From Omnitrophica bacterium GWA2_41_15 (GTDB lineage Bacteria > Omnitrophota > Gorgyraeia > Gygaellales > UBA12090), in contig CAKKRH010000023.1 of the NCBI GenBank assembly GCA_919902675.1, positions 12,000 through 75,999 of the forward strand: a stretch of DNA of 64,000 bases, read 5' to 3'. The notes beneath the pieces are model-generated. The model was given only the letters and a program-made list of their open reading frames with translations. It was not told the DNA's origin and ran no database searches. Every line of letters starts with the position of its first letter. Position 1 is the stretch's first letter. This document shows positions 1 through 7,493 of the stretch, piece after piece. Position numbers and translations under genes: made by a program.

Positions 1-927
1 TCCATAAATGATGTTTATATAATCTGTGTCACGTCCGACCATTATCCGGCCGTAATGTATCAGGCAAAAACGTTCCTCGAGAAAAATGATTCTGATCCCA
101 GTCCGATTGTAATAAACATTTTTGATTTAGATATATTAACCTATTACTTAAAATGCCCTTTCGAATTCTTATATTACCTCAGGCAAAGAGTATCCTTAAA
201 TGAACATTTTATGGGGCAATCAGAGATCGACCTTTTAGCCTATCATCTTAACCAAAAACTATTTCCCCTGAAGGATGAGAAATCGGGGAGGCCTATTGAT
301 TGGGCTTTGGTTGAAGGGATGGGGCAACTCATAGATGCACATTTTCCATCCGCGCGTGGACATGTTCCAAGGACAAGCGCGATGCAGAGGTTACATGCGA
401 AATGGTCAAATCCAGACTTTCAGGAAATGGTTGATCAATTAAAAAAATCAAAACAATCCGGTTTTACAGATGCTATTTTCTATTTATATGATTTGGCGGG
501 GAAAGGGGCCGATCAGTTTATTGCTGAGGTGAAGGCCTTGAAGGAGAGGTGCTTAAGAGAAAGAAAGAGCCTAAGATTTCATATGGCCACGAATGATGGT
601 AAGTCCGGCATTTGTTATGTTTGCGACTTTCAGAATCATGACAAATTATTTAGACATTTAACTGAATATTGCATGGTTAAGAAATATCAAATGAAGGCGA
701 GCTTATGGCTTGGTTTTGCCGCCATGGCAGATAATGCAAAGAATTTTGAATTAGTCATGTTTGGTAACGGCCCTTGGATGCATGACCCTGAGCTTGAACA
801 AATAGCAAATAAATATTACACAAAAAGCACACCGATTAATTTAAAGACACGAGAAAAGATAGGTAGAAATGACCCTTGCCCATGTGGCAGTGGAAAGAAA
901 TACAAAAAGTGCCACGGAGTATCTTGA
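1..927 (+). CDS. Uncharacterised protein with C-terminal SEC-C metal-binding motif (5' end probably outside window)
   Basis: Track ORF 55..927 ends ...[21 protein letters not shown], the classic [16 protein letters not shown] motif. Frame 1 has no stop between nt 1 and the ATG at 55 ([19 protein letters not shown]...), so the gene may continue leftwards. Its TGA directly abuts the ATG of the next gene (927/928). Confidence 0.6.
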   Translation, partial: SINDVYIICVTSDHYPAVMYQAKTFLEKNDSDPSPIVINIFDLDILTYYLKCPFEFLYYLRQRVSLNEHFMGQSEIDLLAYHLNQKLFPLKDEKSGRPIDWALVEGMGQLIDAHFPSARGHVPRTSAMQRLHAKWSNPDFQEMVDQLKKSKQSGFTDAIFYLYDLAGKGADQFIAEVKALKERCLRERKSLRFHMATNDGKSGICYVCDFQNHDKLFRHLTEYCMVKKYQMKASLWLGFAAMADNAKNFELVMFGNGPWMHDPELEQIANKYYTKSTPINLKTREKIGRNDPCPCGSGKKYKKCHGVS

Positions 928-1494
928 ATGGATATAAAAAGGCAGACGCTGAAGGATAATCTTATGGCAAGCAATAATTCTTCTATCGATGAACGTGTCG
1001 ATAGGTATTTAGATATTGGTCACCATTGGATAATTGGCAACCATCATTTCGCCGCCGCATCATCCAAGTGTATCAATTTGTACCGCGACGGTCATTTTAT
1101 TGCCGCGGTGATGATGAGCCATAGCATCAATGAGGGCATTATTGTGTTTGTCGCAGATCGAGTCAAGTTGCATAGAGATAAGAGTGGCGGCGGGGCAAAA
1201 TCAATCGAAGATTTGATTGCCGACCTCGAGCAAAACAGGACAATATCAAAAACTTGTGCTGATGCCGTAAGAGGTATATACGAAAGCTACAGAAACGATG
1301 TGCATCACATGAACCCAAAAGTCGGCAGTATAGATTTTCCAGTGTTAGCCCGCAATAATCTGAAGCGATTGGCAATAATTGAAAGTGAAGTTTTTGGAGT
1401 AGATATAGTTGAGGGCAAGCTGAATCCGCATCATCCGGTTTTTTGGGATTTGAATTCTGATGGGACGGTTTCAGTATTCTTACGTCTAGAGTGA
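928..1494 (+). CDS. Hypothetical protein, possible HEPN-like fold
   Basis: 188-aa ORF starting on the nucleotide after the upstream stop. It contains ...GIYESYRNDVHHMNPK..., which fits the HEPN Rx4-6H (RNxxxH) signature. No other family recognised by eye. Confidence 0.45.
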   Translation: MDIKRQTLKDNLMASNNSSIDERVDRYLDIGHHWIIGNHHFAAASSKCINLYRDGHFIAAVMMSHSINEGIIVFVADRVKLHRDKSGGGAKSIEDLIADLEQNRTISKTCADAVRGIYESYRNDVHHMNPKVGSIDFPVLARNNLKRLAIIESEVFGVDIVEGKLNPHHPVFWDLNSDGTVSVFLRLE

Positions 1495-1501
1495 GGCCTC
1501 A

Positions 1502-2386
1502 ATGACTTATAGAAAAGTTTATCCTTCGCAATTGAATTTTAATCTTGAACAGCAGAGGCTTTGCGTTTGCGCATTTGGTGAAACAAAATATAATCCCGAT
1601 CTTTGGGGTATTAAGTATTTATTTGATAAAGGCCTCCATGGTAATAACGCGGAAATATGCGTGAACGGCGCTATACCCAATAGTCTTGCTTTGCGGATGT
1701 ATTTTTTACGCTACCTGTTTCCTGACATTAGATTCCATGATGACTATGGGGATAAGTTTAGTGCAGAGGCTGAGGAGATAATAAGAAATATCGGAACAAA
1801 ATATGTTACTTATTCAGTAAACGGCCATTTATTCGACGACAGAGGTACTAAGGACAAGTTGGAATCTTGCATCGAGAAAGAATTGGCCGATAACATTTCA
1901 CGATATATTCCGGACTTTGCTAATGGCGTTAAAATTATTCGACAATTTCCGGCCAATATGTTTCGAGATTGTATCAGCGAGGGCTCCAGAGTTACTGACA
2001 AACTTTGGATTGATATGGTTTCGGTGAATTGCGCGGGAGAGCTATCTCCCATTGAGCTGAAGGTAGGCGGGAATATTCCACTAGACTTGTTCGCGCAAGG
2101 GCTTGATTACGGTACTTATTGTCATCTTTTCAAAGGGCACGTAAAGGACAATTGGTTCAATGAGAAAACTGGTGCCAAAAAGGATAAGGTGACCATTTAT
2201 TATATTGGCGAAGAGTTCCATCCTGCTCTTGTCGGGAGAGGCAAGGAGAAAGGTATTATTTCGCTTATCAGGCAAAACGAGCTGTTTAATATCGTGTTTG
2301 TTAAAATTACCGTAGATAAAAAGAGACGATGTATAGTAGGTAAATTAGAAGTTATTTTTGATACGAGGAAACAATGCGAATTGTAA
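1502..2386 (+). CDS. Hypothetical protein, possible PD-(D/E)xK nuclease fold
   Basis: 294-aa ORF with a 7-nt gap after the upstream stop. ...KLWIDMVSVNCAGELSPIELKVGG... gives a D-x13-E-x-K arrangement like restriction-endonuclease-fold cores. The 3' end overlaps the next gene start by 13 nt. Confidence 0.45.
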   Translation: MTYRKVYPSQLNFNLEQQRLCVCAFGETKYNPDLWGIKYLFDKGLHGNNAEICVNGAIPNSLALRMYFLRYLFPDIRFHDDYGDKFSAEAEEIIRNIGTKYVTYSVNGHLFDDRGTKDKLESCIEKELADNISRYIPDFANGVKIIRQFPANMFRDCISEGSRVTDKLWIDMVSVNCAGELSPIELKVGGNIPLDLFAQGLDYGTYCHLFKGHVKDNWFNEKTGAKKDKVTIYYIGEEFHPALVGRGKEKGIISLIRQNELFNIVFVKITVDKKRRCIVGKLEVIFDTRKQCEL

Positions 2387-3710
2387 TCCATCGCGGCACT
2401 CATCAAATCGGTGGCAGTTGCGTTGAGCTTGAAACAGGCGATACCCGAATCCTGCTTGATTTCGGGATGCCGCTTCAGGATACCTCTGGAGCTGATTTTA
2501 ACGACCGTGCGCTTGATAGTAAATCATTGCAGGGCCTTATTGACGAGAAGGTTCTGTTTGATATTCCGGGGTTATATCGGGGCGCGGATCCCTCTGTAGA
2601 CGCCGTTCTTATTTCGCACTCCCATAAAGATCATTATGGTTTCCTGCCGTATATTAATCCTAAAGTACCAGTATATTTAAGCAAAGGCGCTTACGAGTTG
2701 GTGCGCGCGCTTAATGTTTTTTTGCCTGAGTCTAAGCGGACTACCATAAGTGCTCCAATCTTTCTGCGGCATAAGCGGCCGGTTAGAATAGGCGGGTTTT
2801 CTATCACACCATATCTGGTTGATCACTCCGGCTTTGATGCGATGGGATTTCTGATAAACGAAACGGCCACCGGAAAGACTATTTTGTACACTGGAGATTT
2901 TCGCGCAGGCGGATGGACGAAGAGGCGTTACGATGATTTTATTAACAAGCCTCCCGCACGGGTTGATTGTCTTTTGATGGAAGGCACTATGCTAGCGCGT
3001 GAGGGCGGTAAATATCCGGATGAGCCAGCCGTGGTTCAGGGTGTTATCGAGGCTATTCAAAAAAGCGCAAATACGGTTATACCTGTATATTGCTCCGGCC
3101 AAAACATTGACCGCATCGTTTCTTTATACAAAGCCGCGCGTAAAGCAAAGTCTGTACTTGTGGTAGACCGTATACCGCGTACATGCTCAAAGTGGCTGGT
3201 GATATATCAAAAAGTATCCCTCAGATCGAATGGGCCGATATTCGAGTCTTCGTAGCCAATTATGGTCGGGGTGATATTTATATCAGCAAAATAGCGAAGT
3301 CCGAACGTGAGAAAATGATGATTAGCCTCGGCAGGAAGAAAATAAAAGCATTTGATTTTACCAGCCTCAAACAAAAAGCTTTGCTTCTTATGCGTAATAC
3401 CATGATTCCGGTTGTGGAAAAAATACCTCAGATTAAGGGCTCATCGCTGATCTATTCTCAGTGGGAAGGATATATTAAAAGAGATACACCTGACGCGAGG
3501 AAATTTCGAGAGTTCATCAAACGCAATAATTTGAATATTGAGTATGTTCATACCAGCGGTCATGCAACACTTGAAAAGCTCAAGAAGTTTGCCGCGAAGA
3601 TGAACGCTCGGCAGATTGTTCCGATTCATACCGAGTATCCCGAAAGGTTCCGAAAATATTTCGGGGAGAATGTTATTCGATATGAGGACGGACAGCATTT
3701 CGAAGTATAA
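2374..3710 (+). pseudogene. MBL-fold (beta-CASP-like) metallo-hydrolase split by a frameshift
   Basis: ORF 2374..3255 starts MRIVIHRGTHQIGGSCVELE... and carries the HxHxDH motif (ISHSHKDHYGF). ORF 3183..3710, in another frame, carries the C-terminal MBL/beta-CASP-type motifs (HTSGHAT..., VPIHTEYPE). The second frame is open from 3144. Reading gac-cg near 3166-3170 as gac-ccg would give a continuous ...SVLVVDPYTAYMLKVAGD... protein of about 445 aa. Confidence 0.75.
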
Positions 3711-3856
3711 GACAAAATCCTCCCGATTTATCTTTAAAAGCCCTTTCCGAATTATTACCAATCCGTAGTAACGACCCCATTGTCAAAATAATTCGTTGTT
3801 GTAAGATCAAGACAGACTCGCGGGACAGCTGATCACTGTTGCCGTTTTGCAGAAAG

Positions 3857-3891
3857 CCATTTCCAGTCAACTGGCCGGAAATGGTTTTTTT
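3857..3891 (+). terminator. Intrinsic terminator after the four-gene operon
   Basis: Stem ccatttcc (3857-3864) pairs with ggaaatgg (3877-3884). It is followed by a T-run, ttttttt (3885-3891), and a further ttttt. Confidence 0.6.
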
Positions 3892-3927
3892 ATTTTTATG
3901 GGGTGGGACACTTTGGCAAAAAAGGCT

Positions 3928-4100
3928 GTATATACGCTTCAGGGTGAGACATTTTGACAAGAAATTCCGTATATACGCCTTGGAAAGAAAAACTACGGCA
4001 GGGTGCGAAACTTTGAGCCTAAAAACGTAATAACTACGGTGAGGGACAAAAAGTTCCGACACTTTTCGGAAAAATCCGGAATATACGCTTAGGGAGTGAA
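3928..4100 (+). repeat. Iteron-like direct repeats (TATATACGCYT cores plus AGGGTGnGA...TTTGA units)
   Basis: gtatatacgctt at 3928, gtatatacgcct at 3969 and gaatatacgctt at 4079. Interleaved similar units: cagggtgagacattttgac (3940-3958), cagggtgcgaaactttgag (3999-4017) and gtgagggacaaaaagttccgac (about 4039-4060). Confidence 0.55.
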
Positions 4101-4104
4101 AGTA

Positions 4105-4238
4105 GTGAAGAAAGTGAAAATATTTCCAGCAGTTTTACCAAAAACATCGTATGTAGCTAGTAGAGGGCTTGTGAAGTGAAAAAAGTAAAAATATTTCCGT
4201 CAGCTTTCCAATTCTTTGCGTATGTAGCTAGTAGGAGG
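4105..4238 (+). repeat. Two tandem direct repeats of about 66 bp immediately upstream of the DUF5659-like/primase genes
   Basis: Unit 1 is gtgaagaaagtgaaaatatttccagcagttttacc...cgtatgtagctagtagaggg (4105-4166). Unit 2 is gtgaagtgaaaaaagtaaaaatatttccgtcagctttcc...cgtatgtagctagtaggagg (4171-4238). Confidence 0.75.
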
Positions 4239-4248
4239 CAGTGAAACT

Positions 4249-4479
4249 ATGAAAGACAAGTGCTTTGAGGCAGGAAATCTCTATCTGGCTACGTATTTGC
4301 TCTATTGCGGGTTTGCTATGAAGGGCATTGAGGGATCGGGGCGGCTTAAAAGGATCCTGTTTGACGATATCCCGGCAGTCCATAAGGCATGTGAAGAATT
4401 TTACGCTGATTCGGAGGCGCGCAAGTTATTTGATTGTTACCGAAGGGTAAAGGATTACTTATTTCAAAACGGAGTTTAA
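4249..4479 (+). CDS. Small DUF5659-like protein
   Basis: 76 aa with a strong SD (aggagg) 9 nt upstream. The pattern ...NLYLATYLLYCGFAMKGIEGSGRLKRILFDD...EFY... resembles, from memory, the small DUF5659 proteins of phages and mobile elements. Confidence 0.5.
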   Translation: MKDKCFEAGNLYLATYLLYCGFAMKGIEGSGRLKRILFDDIPAVHKACEEFYADSEARKLFDCYRRVKDYLFQNGV

Positions 4480-4481
4480 AA

Positions 4482-6611
4482 ATGGAAGACGAGAGAAGAA
4501 AAGAGAAGAGAAAAATGGAAGATATCATACCGCAGGAATTGCTCAAGCTCCCGAGCTGGGTCGGATATCAGCTCAGGCGTAATAAAGACCGCATTGATAA
4601 AGTTCCCATGAACGTCCTGACCGGACGTCCTGCCAAAAGCAATGATCCAAGCACGTGGACAGATTTCGAGACCGCAGCTGATTTGGTGAGTCAGCGTGGA
4701 TACGCGGGTGTTGGCTTTATGTTTCAGCCGTCTTATGTGGGCGTGGACATCGACCATTGCGTTAAAGACGGAGCTATCGCGACGTATGCGGTAGAAATCT
4801 TAAAGGCGCTCAATTCATATTCGGAATATTCACCCAGCGGCACCGGCATTCATATTCTTTGTAAAGGCGAGATCGCCCGGGCCTGCAAGATTTCAAAGAT
4901 CGGTCTTGAGATTTATACCAAGGGCAGATTTTTTACCGTTACCGGCAATCGACTTGAAAATTATCCGGCTGAACTCAACGAGTGCACTGATGCACTTAAG
5001 ACGATATTCAGTCGGTTTGTAGATAAAGGGCCCGCGGACGATATTCTCGCCATAATCGCCAAGAGCCAAGACGCGGACAAGTTTCAGCGGCTATATTCCG
5101 GCCAATGGCAAAACGATTATCCATCACAGAGCGAAGCGGATTTGGCGTTAGGCAACAAGTTGGCTTTCTGGACAGGCAAGGACGCCGGGCGTATGGATTC
5201 GCTATTTCGTCAGTCCGGACTTATGCGGCCCAAGTGGGATGAGAAGCATTTTGGTGACGGCCGAACCTATGGACAGTCGGTTATCGAAAAGGCGGTTACG
5301 GATTGCCGGAAGGTGTATGCGTCAAACCGGCCCAATCTGCTGATAGCCAGAAAGGTTAACGCCAATGAAGTCGCTGACGAAATCCTCAAACATAATCGGC
5401 TTATCAACTTCGCTGACACCTATTACGAATACAGAGGCGGATGTTACCGGCCACTGTTTATCGAGGAGGTTCAGAAATGGATTAAAGATGCGTGCGGTGC
5501 TGGTTTCTCAGCAAGCAAGCTTCGCAATGTTCTGGTCGCGCTTAAGACCGAGACTTTCGTCAAGCCGGACATCATCAATGGCATTACGCTCTTTAATGTC
5601 AAAAACGGGCTTTATGACATCGACAAAATGACGCTCTTGCCGCATTCGGCGGATGTCTATTCCATCAACCAGCTTAATGTGACATACCGCGAGAACGCCG
5701 AGTGTTTGTTGTGGCAGAGGAGTCTTGATCAGATCTTTGAGAATGATGCGGTCCGGATCATGCTTCTTCAGGAGTATTTCGGGTATTGCTTGACCCGGGA
5801 CAATGATTATGAAAAGGCGCTTTTTCTGTTCGGCGAGGGGGCCAACGGCAAGAGCGTTGTTTTGTATGTGCTCGAGGAGCTTATCGGCAAGGACAACTGC
5901 TCATCCATTCCGCTTGAGAAGTTTAACGATTCCCACTATATCGCCCGGCTTCGGGACAAATTGGTCAATATCAGCCTTGAAACAAATGCCAAGACAAATG
6001 TCTATGACAATATGTTTAAGGCGATCGTGACCGGCGATACGATCTCCGCTGACGAAAAATACGGCCAGCCGTTTCAATTCAAACCATACTGCAAGCTTCT
6101 TGTCTCAACCAATAATATGCCGCGCGTGGGGGATAAAACCGAGGGATATTACCGCCGTATTTTAATCCTTCCATTTAACCGGCAGTTTTCAATTGAAGAG
6201 CGTGATCCAAAACTAAAGCAAAAGATCGCGGCCAGCGAGCTGGACGGGATCTTTTTGTGGTCGCTTAACGGCCTTACGCGATTAAGGAAACGCGGGTATT
6301 TCGAGGAGAGCGCTTCGATGCAGACCGTGAAGGACGCGTATCGTAAGAAAAATAATAACGTGATCATCTTTGTGGAGGAGCAGTGCGTTTTGGATGCTCA
6401 GGCGGACGTAGGCAGTGACGCCTTGTATGTGGCTTATCGGGACTGGTGTCTGGAGAACGAATACCGGCCGCTTAGCAAGATCCTGTTTGGCCGGGAGCTC
6501 TTGCGTCAATATCCCGCAATCAATAGAGGGCGGTGTGGCGCGTCGCGCCGATGGGACGGCATACGTGTCCGCAGGGAGGGTGAGGTTGATTATTCGGAGC
6601 GGCCGTTTTAG
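4482..6611 (+). CDS. Phage/plasmid primase-helicase (prim-pol N-domain, PriCT-like, D5/P4-family SF3 helicase)
   Basis: Prim-pol-like N-terminus (GVGFMFQPSYVGVDIDHC, SPSGTGIHILC). PriCT-type segment (SQSEADLALGNKLAFWTGKDAGRMDSLFRQSGLMRPKWDE). Walker A GEGANGKSV and a P4-family C-terminal helicase region. The track ORF starts at 4434; the ATG at 4482 has a ggag SD and avoids overlap with the upstream gene. Confidence 0.9.
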   Translation: MEDERRKEKRKMEDIIPQELLKLPSWVGYQLRRNKDRIDKVPMNVLTGRPAKSNDPSTWTDFETAADLVSQRGYAGVGFMFQPSYVGVDIDHCVKDGAIATYAVEILKALNSYSEYSPSGTGIHILCKGEIARACKISKIGLEIYTKGRFFTVTGNRLENYPAELNECTDALKTIFSRFVDKGPADDILAIIAKSQDADKFQRLYSGQWQNDYPSQSEADLALGNKLAFWTGKDAGRMDSLFRQSGLMRPKWDEKHFGDGRTYGQSVIEKAVTDCRKVYASNRPNLLIARKVNANEVADEILKHNRLINFADTYYEYRGGCYRPLFIEEVQKWIKDACGAGFSASKLRNVLVALKTETFVKPDIINGITLFNVKNGLYDIDKMTLLPHSADVYSINQLNVTYRENAECLLWQRSLDQIFENDAVRIMLLQEYFGYCLTRDNDYEKALFLFGEGANGKSVVLYVLEELIGKDNCSSIPLEKFNDSHYIARLRDKLVNISLETNAKTNVYDNMFKAIVTGDTISADEKYGQPFQFKPYCKLLVSTNNMPRVGDKTEGYYRRILILPFNRQFSIEERDPKLKQKIAASELDGIFLWSLNGLTRLRKRGYFEESASMQTVKDAYRKKNNNVIIFVEEQCVLDAQADVGSDALYVAYRDWCLENEYRPLSKILFGRELLRQYPAINRGRCGASRRWDGIRVRREGEVDYSERPF

Positions 6612-6830
6612 TGACGGCTATGACGATTATGACAGGAATTTTCATTAATTGTGTTCGTAGGTTAGGAGTAAGGATCAAGGGGGATTGAGCGTGGTAAGTA
6701 AAAAGATAACCATGAGAAAAAATGTCATTGCTGTCACTGGTAGCTCGATGCCGGTTCACCCCGCTGAGAGGTGCGGGGCTGGCGAGTCCTTGGAAGGGGG
6801 TGTCGGCCGAGGGTCGGGCGAGGCGCGGTC

Positions 6831-7050
6831 TGTCAGTGATACAAAATTTCAAAAATCGATGTCATGTCATATGGGGTCGGTGTCAGTGTGTCAGAATTGC
6901 CGAAAACGCGCTCAAAACAGGCGTTTTTGGAGTAAAAATGGGCATTTTAGGGCGATTTTGCGACTTTTCGAGTGACATCCACTGACATTTTGAATGTCAG
7001 TATGTCAGTAAAACCGGACACAACCGGACATAAAAAATGTCCGAATGTCC
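6831..7050. repeat. Dense array of paired short repeats with ATGTCA/TGACAT and CCGGACA/TGTCCG cores
   Basis: tgtcagtgat (6831), atgtcatgtcat (6859-6870), gtgtcagtgtgtcag (6880-6894), gtgacatccactgacat (6972-6988), aatgtcagtatgtcag (6993-7008), ccggacacaaccggacat (7014-7031), atgtccgaatgtcc (7037-7050). Nearly all occur as adjacent pairs and in both orientations. Confidence 0.65.
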
Positions 7051-7266
7051 TATTGGGCAGTTGGGAAAATGGACAAGGATGTAAGCACAAATAAAGATCA
7101 GGCGGTTACCCTGCGGGGCTGGGATGCTTTAGAGATAAAGCTCAAAAGCCGTGGCCTGTCTTGTGCTGAGATCCAAGAAGCCCGAAAGTCATTTTTTGAT
7201 GGAATTGAAACACTGGCGAAAATGTTTATGACGATTTATTCTGCAGAGAAGAAACCTCTTGTATAA
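7045..7266 (+). CDS. Hypothetical small protein
   Basis: 73-aa ORF between the repeat array and the excisionase-like gene. No recognisable motif. An alternative start at MDKDV (7069) is possible. Confidence 0.35.
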   Translation: MSYWAVGKMDKDVSTNKDQAVTLRGWDALEIKLKSRGLSCAEIQEARKSFFDGIETLAKMFMTIYSAEKKPLV

Positions 7267-7314
7267 GGTTGTATATTACGGTATACTGGGCACCATTAGA
7301 TGAGGGTGCCAAAT

Positions 7315-7491
7315 ATGAAAACATACTCCATGACAGAGACGGCAAAATTACTGGGCGTGCACCGGCAGACCATGATCAATTGGATCCGCAGGGGCTGGGT
7401 TAAGCCCAAGCGCGATTATAAGGATTGGCCGGTGTTTACGGACGAGTGTATCGCCAAGATTAAAGAATGGCGGGAGACGTTAAAAGGATAA
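7315..7491 (+). CDS. Excisionase/MerR-type helix-turn-helix DNA-binding protein
   Basis: MKTYSMTETAKLLGVHRQTMINWIRRGWVKPKRDYKDWPVFTD... is a typical excisionase-family HTH. It sits directly upstream of, and is translationally coupled to, the recombinase. The track ORF begins at 7300; the ATG at 7315 has a better SD. Confidence 0.75.
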   Translation: MKTYSMTETAKLLGVHRQTMINWIRRGWVKPKRDYKDWPVFTDECIAKIKEWRETLKG

Positions 7492-7493
7492 CA

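Noticed and set aside
3673-4062. A 129-aa minus-strand ORF and a 63-aa plus-strand ORF across the iteron-like region.
   Set aside because: They span the terminator and the direct-repeat field and have no motif or SD. The repeats explain the open frames.
6685-6985. Two overlapping plus-strand ORFs (96 aa and 87 aa), plus a 110-aa minus-strand ORF, in the gap after the primase gene.
   Set aside because: They overlap each other in different frames and have Gly/Arg/Ser-rich, low-complexity translations driven by local GC-richness. They run through the ATGTCA-type repeat array and lack convincing SD sequences. The region is more likely non-coding regulatory or origin DNA.
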